The notes beneath the pieces were generated by a model, which was given only the letters and a program-made list of their open reading frames with translations, was not told the DNA's origin and ran no database searches. The translations under genes were made by a program, and so were the position numbers. DNA of 63,121 nt, the filler included, from Octopus bimaculoides (taxonomy: Eukaryota): the NCBI RefSeq assembly GCF_001194135.2. It is 3 parts of 3 records of this genome, joined end to end, with 100 filler letters (N's around TTAATTAATTAA, not from the genome) between each part and the next. Parts side by side here need not be neighbours in the genome. Positions count along the whole stretch, not along the records: positions 1 to 30,213 come from NC_069005.1; 2 more parts are not named here. One strand, written 5' to 3'. Shown here in pieces: positions 12,600 to 24,556 of the stretch; position 1 is the first letter of the stretch, and every line of letters begins with the position of its first letter.

Positions 12600-13710
12600 T
12601 ACAATGTTCAATAGAAACTCACAGCGGTGAGATAGTCTCATATCTAGAATACTGTGGCTGCTAAGGCATTTAACATTTCATGAAGCTCAGAGGAGACCCA
12701 GAAGGTCGTGATGCACCATCGTCTAGGATGTTGCTGCTATACTTAACAATTTATAAAACTCAGAGTAAACCCATATGGTGTTTTAATTTTACATGTAGGA
12801 CACACTGCTACACTTTATAATTTATAAAACTCAGAGTAATCACTTAATGATGTGCTACTCACACATCTGGAAAACATCTGCTGCTATGCCTAACAATTTA
12901 TAAAACTCAGAGTAATCACATAATGGTGTGATATTCTCATATCTAGGACACTCCTGCCACTACAATCTATAATTTGTAAAGCCCAGAAGGTGGTGAGTTG
13001 GCAGAAACGTTAGCATGCTTAGCAGTATTTTGTCTGTCTTTCTGAGTTCTGAGTTCAAATTCTGCTGAGGTCGACTTTGCCTTTCATCCTTTCGGGGTCG
13101 ATAAATTAAGTACCAGTTGTCGATCTAATTGACTGGCCCCCTCCCTCCAAATTTTGGGCCTTGTGTCTAAAGTAGAAAAGAATTTATAAAGTTCAGAGTA
13201 AACATTCTGGTGTGGCTGTGTGGTAAGAAGCTTGCTTTCCAACCACGTAATTCTGGGTTCAATCCCTCTGTGTGGCACCTGGGGCAACTGTCTTCTGCTC
13301 TAGCCTCAGTGAGTGGATATAGTAGATGGTAACTGAAAGAAGCCTGTTGTATATATGTGTGTGTGTGCCTGTGCATTCCTCACCACCACTTGACAACCAG
13401 TGTTGGTCTGTTTATGTCCCTGTAACTTAAGGGATCAGCAAAAAAGACTGATAGAATAAGTTCCTGGCTTTAACAAACTATAAGTAGTGGGGTTGATGCC
13501 TTCAACTGAAAATTCTCCAAGGCACTGCCCCAGCATGGCCACAGTTTAATAACTGAAACCAGTAAAAGTTGATAGAAGACATAATGTTGTGGTATTCACA
13601 TCTCTTGGACCTTCCCGTCACTACAATTTATAATTTCTAAAACTCAGAGTAAATACATAATGGTGTGATACTCTTGCATCTAGGGCCCTCATCTGTTGCT
13701 ACGCTGCTTC
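12600..13710. repeat. Degenerate ~75 bp minisatellite interrupted by two SINEs
   Basis: AATTTATAAAACTCAGAGTAA-like motif at ~12748, 12819, 12895, 12971, 13181, 13632; SINE A at ~12985-13185 and SINE B at ~13205-13570. Confidence 0.75.
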
Positions 13711-13719
13711 ACATACACA

Positions 13720-14115
13720 GGTAACCTGGACTGCATCGAGAGCAAGTTCTCTCATCTTATTGACATAAAGTCATAGACAAACACACTGCAGCCGCTGGTC
13801 CTCAGGCTTGCTGTGCTCCCCCCACTCTCTCTCCCTTTTTCTATTGCTTCTACATCAGCTTCTGCTACCTTCTCAGAATTGGCTGGTCCCATGCCCCCTC
13901 CTCTCAGCCATGATCAACTGATTTGTCTCCAGTGCTCCCATCACTCCTACTGTGCACATTCCTAAACACCCCTATTCTATGCACTAGCCACAACACCCTA
14001 TCCTTTGTTCCCATTAAGTCAACATTCTAGAATTCCCTATTTGCACATGTCTTTCATGTATTAGTGGACTTGTAATAGTTTAAATGGAATGTTAATGGCA
14101 TAAATCTCAATGGTC
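13720..14115 (+). mobile_element. CR1/L2/Jockey-type LINE 3' fragment
   Basis: Frameshifted remnants (SELAG..P..L...; F.N.LF.HVF; FKWNVNGINL) resemble the C-terminal WNSLP..VF...L..FK region of APE-type LINE ORF2. Confidence 0.55.
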
Positions 14116-14390
14116 TTAAAGACCTCGAGCATAGCCCCTTCTTCCAGTTGAAACTAACAATAATAATAAATGCATGTGTATGATGTGAGCATGTGCATTG
14201 TGTATGTTTGTGTGTGTGCATGTGTACAGAATTTTATATTCACATGTGCTTGATATTGTGTGTACATGTTTGTGTATGTATGTATGTATGTAGATGAATG
14301 TATGAGCAATTGTATATTTGAATATGTGTGTGTTCACATCTATGCATGTGTGTGTGCATGAATTTGCAATCATGTATATGCATAATTATA

Positions 14391-14614
14391 TACAAGGTGG
14401 TGCCGAAAAGTTCTTAGCTTTGGGTAAAAGAAAATCCAGGAGGATCAGTTAATTATGGTTTTATTCAACATATTCCTCTCTCAGATTCACATACTTATTG
14501 CAGCAGTCCTTCAGTTTTTCTAAGCCCTGCAAAAGAACTCAGAAGGTTGGGTTCCAATCAGGTCCTTTGCAATACCCTTAAAGCCAGAATCTTTTTGACA
14601 CCCACTTTTATGTA
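14391..14614. mobile_element. mariner-derived MITE
   Basis: TIRs GGTGGTGCCGAAAAGTTCTTAGCTTT / AAAGCCAGAATCTTTTTGACACCC, TA-flanked; same family as 9083-9290. Confidence 0.7.
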
Positions 14615-14769
14615 TCTGCAGATGATAGTGAAGAATGTGTATGTATAATAACCTAGTGACGTGTGGATGCTTGTAGTGAGGAAACACTAAGATATAACTT
14701 GTTAAAAGGATGGGTGAACCCAGTATAGGGTCAATTACTATCTAGTAATGATGTGCATCATTATCATCA

Positions 14770-15025
14770 ACCCTTGGATATTACTGTCTCGAGTCCTGGA
14801 ACTCATAGGGTTGGCTACTCAGCGTCCATGGCATATAAGTGTCTGAGATCACAAAATTCCCTCTGGATGGGATGTTAGTCCTTTGCAGGGTTACTCATTT
14901 GCAGCTGAATGGATTGGAGCAACATGTAATGAAGCATTTTGCTTAAGAAAAAACACACTCCCTGGTGTAGGGATTGAAACCATGATCTTGCAATTGTAAG
15001 TGCAACTCCCTTAGAATTAGGCCAC
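14770..15025 (-). mobile_element. tRNA-derived SINE, third family
   Basis: Minus-strand head GTGGCCTAATTCTAAGGGAGTTGCAC..GGTTTCAATCC; homologous to the plus copy at 22340-22550. Confidence 0.65.
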
Positions 15026-15520
15026 ATAAAAATACTGGAATTTGTGGAATGAGCACATTATTAGATTGCATTTAGTCTGATGGGCCTTTAGCTCTTGTCA
15101 GAACATCTCTCAAGGACATTAGCTAGATGGTGTCCTTGTCTCATAGTAGAAACAACCTATTTGTACTATCCTGATGGGTAAAGTTTAGAAAGACAAAAGC
15201 CAGGGCAAAAAAAACAAAACCATTTGTAGTAGTGGTCAGCTTCTTACAGCCAGTTCCTAACACTGAATTTTCAGCAGTCTCTTACTCAAACAACAAAAGT
15301 GGCATTAGCTGTTATAGGCCACCCTTGCTCCTAGACCTATCTCCGTCACAGCAACGATATTGATACTGGGAATGCATGCAGTGCAACTCAGTACAACCGT
15401 GTCTTCTCCTGAATTGTGGATTATTGAGTTTTAGAGATGGCTGCTACAGCAGGAAATTAGAGTTCCATGCATATGTTTGACAATGAAATACCACCCCTTT
15501 TTATAATATCCTTGCTCAAA

Positions 15521-15930
15521 AGCGCAGGAGTGGATGTGTGGTAAATAGCTTGCTTACAAACCACATGTTTCTGGGTTCGGTCCCACTGCATGGCACCTTG
15601 GGCAAGTGTCTTCTACTAAAGCTCAGGCCAACTAAATGCCTGTGAGTGGATTTGGTAGACGGAAACTGAAAGAAGCCTGTTGTATATATTTATATATATG
15701 TATGTGTGTGTATATATTTGTGTGTCTGTGTTTATCCCCCCAACAACATCGCTTGACAACCGATGCTGGTGTATTTGTGTCCTGGTAACTTAGGAGTTTG
15801 GCAAAAGAAACCAATAGAATAAGTACTAGGCTTACAAGGAATAAGTCCTGGGGTCGATTTGCTCGACTAAAGGTGGTGCTCCAGCATGGCTGCAGTCAAA
15901 ATGACTGGAACAAGTAAAAGAATAAAAGAG
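15521..15930 (+). mobile_element. SINE family B, full length
   Basis: Same architecture as 6368-6796. Confidence 0.9.
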
Positions 15931-15974
15931 TTCATTGTTGGTGTAGTGTATGAAGTAAGCGTGATGATTTGCAG

Positions 15975-16064
15975 GTCGTTCACGCAGCTTCGACCATTCT
16001 TCATTCTCACTGCTCTTTAAGAAATACAGTCGTCAAAGAATCCACAACTGAAGAAGATGGATTG
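15975..16064 (+). CDS. Candidate 90 nt symmetric coding exon (VVHAASTILHSHCSLRNTVVKESTTEEDGL)
   Basis: TTTGCAG acceptor, TTG|GTATGT donor, only phase 0 open, local CpG retention; no homology recognised. Confidence 0.3.
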
Positions 16065-16179
16065 GTATGTAAAGTCAAACAAAAGCACCACAATTAAACA
16101 AGAAGCCGGTGATCATGAAATTTGATGGACAACCATAAGCAGACAGTGCAGTTATATACGCCTTCGTGTGTGATGCTAG

Positions 16180-17293
16180 ACGTATGTATACATGCTATGT
16201 GTGTATGTGTGTGTGTAAGTATGGTATGAGTGTATGTATATATATATATCCCAAGTGGTATATTTATGTGCATGTAACTGAGTGTGTGTGTGTGTGTCTT
16301 CAGTTTAAATATCACTCGCAGAAAACTTGCCTCCTGTGTATGAGCATGTGTGTGCATGTGTATAGCATGCAATATGCAGCTGTATGCATATGTGCATATA
16401 TGTAAATGCATTCTTTAGTTTTAGATAATATTGAGGTTCAACATGTTGCAAATAATAGTAATATTTGCATCGGTGCTAGCACAAGGCAGGGGGTGGGTGG
16501 TTGTTGGTGGTGGTGGAAGCACTACGTATTTACTTATATGCATGCAAGAAGATGCATGTTTGTGCAGGTGTGCGTATTTTATCATGTTACAAACAATATT
16601 TGCATCGGTGAGATTATTATAATGCCTGCATGCACTTGTGTGTGCATGTGTGTATATATGTATATTATATATATATATATACATATATATATACATGCAT
16701 GCAAGAGGATGCATAGTACTGAGTGTTTGCGTAGTTTAGCTTGTTGCCAAGTAGAACAGTCCCTAATGCATATGATGTGCATACAATGTGCATACATGCA
16801 TAATCGTAATTTAAATTGTAATTTTACAAAGAAAAGGTGTCAATTAATTGCATGTGTGTTTGCCTGCATATCTGCAAGTATGGAAGCATGCTTTACATGC
16901 ATGCATGTGAGCATGTGCACATGCCCTGCTTGTTTATGAGTGTTGTGTATACAATTTGACATGTTTGAAAGAATTGCTTTTCTGCCTGTGCATACATGTA
17001 TATGTGCATACATGCATGTGCATGTTTTTGTCTGTTTATGGGTGTTGTAAATATAATTTGACAAGTTTCAAAGAACTATTCTTTATGTGTACATGTGTGT
17101 GTGTGTATGTGGTTGCAAGTTTGTCTGTGTCATGTGAGTGTAAGTGCGTGCATGAGCTTTTACACATGTGTTCGTATATCCTTATTTATGTAATGCAGTG
17201 CATGCTGTGAAGCACTTGTGCTTGTGCACATGAGTTTATGCAGTTGCTTAAACGCACACATTACCTGTATGGTGTGAAGAGCATGAGTGTGTG

Positions 17294-17324
<31 letters not shown>

Positions 17325-17600
17325 AATTTCACACATTTTGTGCATTTCAAAGACAAGCTGTCCCTTGAGTGTGCGAGTGTGTGTGAACATATATAATTTG
17401 TCCATGTGATTGTGTGTATGTATGTTTGGATATAGTATGTGGAGTTCGTGTGTGTGTGTGTTTGCATGCATATGCACTTGTTACACGTAATCTGAGTGTT
17501 TGTGAGAGGGGTGGTGTGTATATATAATAGATATGTGTGTGTATTATGTGTGTTTATATGTTTTATATGTGATATGTGTGTGTGTGTGTGTATTGTGTTT
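16180..17600. repeat. Degenerate (TG)/(CATG)/(TA) low-complexity tract
   Basis: Composition; source of many spurious ORFs. Confidence 0.85.
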
Positions 17601-17789
17601 TGTACATGTGCACCTTATGAATTATTTATTTCGTGTTGCGAGTACCTTACAAAAAACTCTGAACAGTAACAAAACCAAACCAGCTATTCAATTTCAATTC
17701 CAGTTTGAAACTGGTTTACTGTAATGGGGGGGGGGGGAATACTCTCTATCCCTCCATTCATTTTCTCAGCCCACTCTTCCTGGAAGAGT

Positions 17790-18450
17790 CATGAGGGAAG
17801 AGTCCTTATGCATCTCACTCCTCCATGTCTTATCAGAAGCAACTATCATTATACTTTCTGGTTGGATTTCCGAGCATGACTAACTGAGACCATCTCCTTG
17901 GTCTACCCCTAGGTATCCTGCTGATCATGGGGGTAGAGTCCTCATGCAACTTCCTCCTTCATAGAGTCCTACCAGAAGCAACTATCATTACACTTTCTGG
18001 TTGGATTCCCAAGCATGAACAGATGAGACTATGGATGTTATCCAACCATCTCCTTCTTGGTCTACCCCGAAGTTTCCTGCTGATCATAGGGGTAGAGTCC
18101 TCAGGCACTTCCTCATAGGATTATATCATTGTACTTTCTTATTTCTTTATTACCCACAAGGGGCTAAACATAGAGGGGACAAACAAGGACAGACAAAAGG
18201 ATTAAGTCGATTACATCGACCCCAGTGCGTAACTGGTACTTTATTTATCGACCCCGAAAGGATGAAAGGCAAAGTCGACGTCGGCAGAATTTGAACTCAG
18301 AACATAACGGCAGACAAAATACCGCTAAGCATTTCGCCCGCTTGCTAAAGTTCCTGCCAGCTCACTGCCTTTTATATCATTGTACTTTCTGATTGGATTT
18401 CCAAGCATGACCAACTAAGACTTTAGGCATTATCTAACCGTCTCATTGAT
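17790..18450 (-). repeat. RTE 3'-end segment tandemly repeated (~140 bp unit, about 3 copies)
   Basis: AGAAGCAACTATCATT at 17835 and 17974; third unit split by a SINE. Confidence 0.7.
18140..18371 (-). mobile_element. Young SINE family A variant with 19 bp TSD
   Basis: TTATATCATTGTACTTTCT at 18121-18139 and 18372-18390; CpGs largely intact. Confidence 0.9.
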
Positions 18451-18925
18451 GGTTTCTGGAAATGGTAAAAAAACTTTCTGTCTTTCTGATAATGCCTTTC
18501 AAGAGAGCAAACACTAGAGAATTGGACAGAATTTGTCTTTGCCTTCTGTATCCAAATCCTTCCAGAGCTAAGATTTTGCCTTTACTTATAAAAGAGGAAG
18601 AGAGTGGATAAAATAAATATCAGTTATATATTTCATGTCAGTTACTTATATTGCATTCCTACAAATATATGGGGGCTTTGTTAGTGCTTGATACTATTTA
18701 TTTTAAGAATTCTTAATGGCATTAGAATGACTGGAAAACTTGGTGCATTCAACTAAATGCTGGTCTGAAGCAAAAACAAAAAATATGTTCCTTATTTTCT
18801 TAAAAGAATTCCATAACTTGTAAAAAAATTTCCCCCATTCTTCTAAAACTATTAATTTTTTTTTTTGTTCTTATCTCAAATAAAAAATATCTAATAATTT
18901 TTTCTTTTATTTATTATTATTATTA

Positions 18926-18968
<43 letters not shown>

Positions 18969-19598
18969 CATCATTGTTATTATTATTATTATTTTGAAAG
19001 GCAGTTTACTTTTACTTGAATGAGGTTTATAATGTTCACTAGAAATGATTAAAATCGCACTGTCTTTCTCTCAATTTCATTTAAGTGGAAAAGATGGCAG
19101 AGAATGGAACTAAATATCTACCTACTCTCTAAGATCAAATAACTCATTTTAGTTTTGAGACTTACTTTTCGTCCCTGTGTGGTTTGATAAAATAATTATG
19201 CATTATATCTTATCATTTCAATCATTTATATCACTTCCCAATAGATCTGGCTCTCAGCCAATGAAAGAGAGCCACTATGTTTTCATGACTGGCTAGAAAT
19301 AGAAGCCAGCTGCAACTCAAAGTATATTCTACGGTCTTGCCCTTCAGCACTGAAGCCAAACATATCCGGCACAAATATTTTACCAGTTTTATGTTAAAAA
19401 AAAGGTCAGACACAACATCTTATGCCTACCCTGCAATGTCATTCTAAATATTATCAATCACATCAATATTTTGAAGTTAGAAGGTTATTGATGATTGGTT
19501 CAAAGCATCACATTTAACAGAGTAATGTGAACATTAATGGAAAAGTCCTATTGACTTTGTGAAATCGACAAGATAGTCAAGGCTGAAATGGTTTAGAT

Positions 19599-20087
19599 CA
19601 GTGGTTCCCAAACTATGAGTCGCGACCCACTGATGGGTCGTGAACGGAATCCTAGTGGGTCGCAAAAAGTTATAAAATTACGCATTAGCTTTGATTAACT
19701 GCTGTCTATCGAGATAGTTCAAGACTCATGTTTTCAATACCAGACTGGTTGTTTTATCAAGCAGTAGGCTTTTTTCGCAAACTTAACAAATCAGAGGTGG
19801 TTATTTTCTCAAGTAATTTATTCGTACGTAATCGTAAAAAGGAAATGTCTGTTTTTACCTATTTATAGAGAACTTTAACTAGGCGCAGTACAACACTGAT
19901 CGAGCCGATAACATTTACTGCTTCAAGGTTTTGTATTAGAGTTAATACCTGCCCATAGGGTATGGAGACGTTGAAACAGTTATAAAACGTTTTGTTTCAC
20001 GTTTAATATAAATAGTATTTAACCCAGTAGAGTTAAACTGGTGTCATAAATAGTGGGTCGCGTCTCTAAAAAGTTTGGGAACCACTG
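19599..20087. mobile_element. hAT (Charlie/Buster-like) MITE
   Basis: TIRs CAGTGGTTCCCAAACT / AGTTTGGGAACCACTG; perfect 8 bp TSD GTTTAGAT (19591-19598, 20088-20095). Confidence 0.92.
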
Positions 20088-20429
20088 GTTTAGATCATTG
20101 GTCTCTTCAATTAGTGCTGGCCTCATATTGAACAACAGTAAATATGATGGTTGCTGCTACAAATTAGTATTATTTTAGGAATCCTTCCAGCTCTTCATGT
20201 TTTGAGTTTAAATCTTGCTTAACTTGGCTTTTCATCCATCTGGGAGTCAATAAAACAAAGTACCAGTCAAATACTGACTAACTCCTCTCCACAAATTTCT
20301 GACCCTGTGTCTTCATTACAAAATTATTATTCCAAGAATTCTTGAGAATATTTTAGTGGCAGAAATGGTTGAGAAATGAACTAAAATGTCTAGCTACTAT
20401 CTGTGTTTGAATTCCTTCATAGTCTAAAG

Positions 20430-20687
20430 CAGTGGTTTTCAACTATTATCTGTCTTTGGAATCCTATTTTACTCTACTATTTTACTCAATAACCATTCAT
20501 TGTATATAAATAAAAAAGATGTTTTACTGTATTTTTATAATTAAATATTATTAAGAGTTGTATAAAAAAATTTTAATATTTTGTGTACTGTAGAAATATA
20601 ACCAATTTATTTCACATAAATTATAACAACCAAATTTTATATGGCCTCCACCCCAAGGGCCACACGGACCTTGGTTGAGAACCACTG
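20430..20687. mobile_element. hAT MITE
   Basis: TIRs CAGTGGTTTTCAAC / GTTGAGAACCACTG; 8 bp TSD GTCTAAAG / GTCTAAAC. Confidence 0.88.
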
Positions 20688-21284
20688 GTCTAAACTTTGC
20701 CTTTACCCATATGGGGTCAGGATTAGAATTGATATCAATTATGTAACAAGTGGTATTTTTATAGTTTGTATTGCTTCCCAGCCATATGTGTGATTTTATG
20801 CCAGCGTTAATCACTGTTATTTTAAGAATTTCTCCTGGTAATTGAATAGCAGAAAGGGTTCAAGCATTATCTAAGAAATCCTTATTCTCAAATTTCTGGA
20901 ATTCCTAATGGCATTAAGTAATTAGTGAGTATTGATTGGGCTAAATGACAATATAGAAAAATCCTTTTGTTTTTGTTTAAAAAAAAACAAAACCCAGTTC
21001 TGAAATTTCTAAATTATTCCCCAGTCTTTTGAAACCATTAATTAATTTATTTTTTAATTTTATCTCAAATAAAATATATTTTAATAACTTTTTTTTTGTT
21101 GCTCTTATTTTTGATATTTGTTTTGAAACGAATTCAGTTTAATGAGAATGAATAAATAAATTAAGGCTATGGGGAGGGGTAAAAAAAATGAGGCATGAAG
21201 GGCGAGAAAGGAGACGTTACAAGTCAGAAACAAAAATTAGAGATGGGTAGCACCAGGTTAGGGTAGTGACTAACCCATGGGAAG

Positions 21285-21525
21285 CTGGTGGAGCTATTAC
21301 CGCATTAGACAAAATACTTAGTGATATTTCTTCCAGTTTTATGATCTGAGTTCAAATGCCACTATGATTGACTTTGCCCATCATCCTTTTGGTGTTGATA
21401 AAAATATGTACCAGTTAAGCACTAGGGGCAATAAAATAAGTACCAGTTAAGTACTGAGGTTGATGTAATCAATCTCATTGTCCCCTTAAAAATGCTGACA
21501 TTGTACCAAAATTAGAAAGAGTTAT
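21285..21525 (+). mobile_element. SINE family A, decayed
   Basis: Core GACTTTGCCCATCATCCTTTTGG..GATAAAA..GTACCAG, with a locally duplicated AAGTACCAGTTAAG. Confidence 0.7.
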
Positions 21526-21774
21526 TCATAAATATCTTTTTTTCACCCTTTCACTACCCCCAATCTATTTAGTACTGTCAGAAAGCATTCACCTCTCTGT
21601 GATGAGGGATTCTCCTGTGAAACATGTGACTTATCCCTCTTCCTCAGAACAAATCAAATTTCTTTCCACTTTTGAATTGTTTATATACTAATTAATTGCC
21701 ACTGCAGACCCTCTCGAATTCCCTTTGATTCTACAATTTACTTTGATTAGATTTTAATGTTTTTTTTAGAAAAA

Positions 21775-21963
21775 TTACAACCTAATTCTATTAATCTTAT
21801 TGTTACTGAATTCTTTGGTGCTGCTGTTCTGGAAGTTGAACTGATGGCTTTTTACTGACTTCTGGTTTGGATCACTCCCAGTATCGCTACCGCTGCCATG
21901 CACACACTTTTCTTGTACTGATTCAGCTTGATTGAATTTATCCAATCCCAGGAGAGCAATCCC
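21775..21963 (-). CDS. Candidate coding exon/open frame (GIALLGLDKFNQAESVQEKCVHGSGSDTGSDPNQKSVK...)
   Basis: 62-codon stop-free frame in non-repetitive, GC-richer sequence behind a TTTTTGAG acceptor; a 45 nt plus-strand candidate (21927-21971) overlaps, so strand is uncertain. Confidence 0.22.
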   Translation of the reverse strand, partial: GIALLGLDKFNQAESVQEKCVHGSGSDTGSDPNQKSVKSHQFNFQNSSTKEFSNNKINRIRL

Positions 21964-22339
21964 TCAAAAAGGTGAGGCTTGCACCAATCTGGCTTAGAAT
22001 GTAAATTTAGAGGTGTAAGAGATAGCATATAAAACAACTACAATGTTATTGATGTCGGCTATGGTCGAGAACTTATCTGTCTTCCAAATCTTTAATCCTT
22101 ATCAGATGAAGATCTTATTTTTTCTTTCTTCTGTGTGTGTATATGTATGGGGTAGGCAACAGTTATAATGAAAGTGTACCAGTTGTGTCCTGGGGTACCA
22201 TGTCAGTCATTTATACTACTACCTTAACAAATGTGTGGTTTTGTGATGCAAGGCATCATTGTCTGAACAATTCCTAAAAACCATCAAATCATGGGAGAGG
22301 TTTGAGCATTTTGGCCAAATGCTTATCTAAGAATGAAGT

Positions 22340-22550
22340 CACATGGCCTAGTGGTTAGGGTGTTGCAGTCATGATCAGAAGATCATAGTTTCAATTCTTT
22401 GTAACTAGGTAGTATATTGTGTATCTGAGCAAAGCACTTCATTTCATGTTGCTCCAGTCTGTTCAGCTTAAGTTCTGGTAGTTGTTGGGAAGGTAACTCA
22501 GTAATGGATTGGTGACCCATCCAGGTTGGGAGTGTTGTCATTGTATTCAG
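22340..22550 (+). mobile_element. tRNA-derived SINE, third family
   Basis: A-box TGGCCTAGTGGTTAGGG, B-box-like GTTTCAATTC, then GAGCAAAGCACTTCATTTCATGTTGCTCCAG. Confidence 0.7.
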
Positions 22551-22887
22551 TTAAACACTGTGGAACTTGTATTAAACCCATAAGTCTCATCAAAAACAAC
22601 TTTTCTAAGAAATTTTTATTTTTAATTTCTAGAATTTTCCCCATTCTTTCAAAACGATGTATTAATTTCATTCATTTTATTTTTCCTATTTTCAATATTT
22701 TTATTTATATTTCATTTTTATTTTTTAGATTATTTGTTTTTTGGTAGTTTTTTTTTGCACTTTTGTTTTTATTTTTGCTATGTTTACTACAAATTCAATA
22801 AAATTACAATTAGAGTTATACCATTTGCAGTGGCTTTCATAAATTTACAATGCATTGTCGATTCTTGGTTACTGGTTCCTCACTCAC

Positions 22888-22950
22888 ACTGTTCCCCTCC
22901 CCCCCACTGATGCTACTTTTTAAAGTTGCTGTGTGTGACTGCTGCCACGA
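22888..22950 (-). CDS. Candidate 63 nt symmetric exon (SWQQSHTATLKSSISGGEGNS)
   Basis: Long polypyrimidine tract plus TTTAG acceptor, AGT|GTGAGT donor, only phase 0 open. Confidence 0.3.
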
Positions 22951-23294
22951 CTAAACAAAACACAGCAGGGACAAGAGAGGAAGAGACAGCACCAAAATTT
23001 AAAGAGGAAAAAAAAAAAGGATGTGTGTGCAAAAATAAAAATAATATAAATGAAATTTTGAATAAAATAAAAAGTACAACTAATAAACAAAAATAACAAC
23101 AATGACAAAAATAGTTAGAAAAACATAATTACTAATATTAATAATAAAAGCAAAAGTAGTTAAAGCAACAACACATTGTAATAACAACACAAATGACAAG
23201 AACATAAATAACAATAACATATGTAGTAAGAACATAAATCACAATAACATATGTAGTAATAACAACAGCAATAACAATAGTGATAAGCATCAAC

Positions 23295-23660
23295 ATTTAG
23301 CATCGGTTTTTCCATGTTGGCATGGGTTAGAGGGTTTGATTGGGACTGGTAAGCTGGAGAGCTGTGCCAGGCTCCGGTCTGACTTACTTTGATTTCTACT
23401 GCTGGGTGTCTTTCCTAATGCCAACCACTCCAAGAGGGTAGTAGGTGCCTTTTGTGCATCACTGGCTCGTGTGCCTTTTATGTGTTAATGGCATGGGTGC
23501 ATGATGTGTCTTCTTAAGCACAGCAAATCACCAAAGGTCTCGGTCACTTGTCATCGCCTCTGTGAGGCTCAACATCCAGAGATCATGCTTCACCATCTCA
23601 TCCCATGCCTTCCTGGGTCTGCCTCTCCTGCAGGTTCCCCCCACAGTTTGAGAATAGCGC
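23295..23660 (-). mobile_element. RTE LINE 3' end
   Basis: Minus frame RRGRPRKAWDEMVKHDLWMLSLTEAMTSDRDLW, typical of an RTE C-terminus, followed by a 3' UTR shared with 10490. Confidence 0.8.
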
Positions 23661-23679
23661 AGCTTTATTACCAACAACA

Positions 23680-24110
23680 GCAGCATTGATGTTAGCAACA
23701 ACAAGAAACGATAGAATTAGCAACAGCAACGAAAATATTGTTGACCAACAACATTAAGAATAGCAACAATGGCTGCATTGACAACATCAATATTAGCAGC
23801 AACGAAAACGTTACTAACAACTATAATACAACAGAATTAGCAACAACAAGAAGCATTAACAATTGCAACAATATTAACAAGAATAGAATTAACAACCACA
23901 ATTACAAAAATATTACTACTGATAACAGAATTAAAAAAATAAATTACCAACAACAACATTAGCAACACAAACAAAACCAAATACAACAGCAACAACCACA
24001 GGATAGTCAAAAACAACTACAAAAACATTATTACCAACAACAACAGCAACAACAACAATGAAAGCGTTAACAGCAACAAAAAGATCAACAGCATTAGCAA
24101 CCACAAAAAA
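23680..24110. repeat. Degenerate (AAC)n/(AGC)n tract
   Basis: Composition; a similar tract lies at 23020-23290. Confidence 0.85.
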
Positions 24111-24514
24111 GATCTAACGCATCGTCAAAGATGAAGCTGTTGAAAAACTCGCTGGGTGGGTGTCTGCCCGTGTATTTGTGTTTTGTGTATTAGCGAGCTG
24201 GAGGCTGATAAATATTATCGGAAATTAAAACTCTGAACCAAACTTGCACCCATGCTGCGTATCTGTCTGTGTTGGGTGAGAGCAGGGGTTTTGAGAGGTG
24301 GCTGGGCGGGTTGATGTCTTATTTGCACTCTTCTCTGNNNNNNNNNNNNNCTCTCAATCATGCCACAATGCTGCCAACAAAAGGATGAAACATCACTTTA
24401 GTGAAAGCTTTTGTCTCATGCTGGCTTTCAATTATTTATTTTTATTTATTTGATTATATTTATGTTATTTATTTTAGTTATACGTTTTGATTTTGTTTTT
24501 ATATTTTTCCATAC

Positions 24515-24556
<42 letters not shown>

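Noticed and set aside
18480-18590. Minus frame LWKDLDTEGKDKF resembling an HMG-box helix
   Set aside because: Short, with no good donor; other frames on both strands look equally plausible.
21598-21635. GTGATGA GGGA TTC TCCT GT GAAACATGTG, hammerhead-like
   Set aside because: Core C3 is missing, there are extra bases before GAAA, the cleavage position is G and no stem I is evident.
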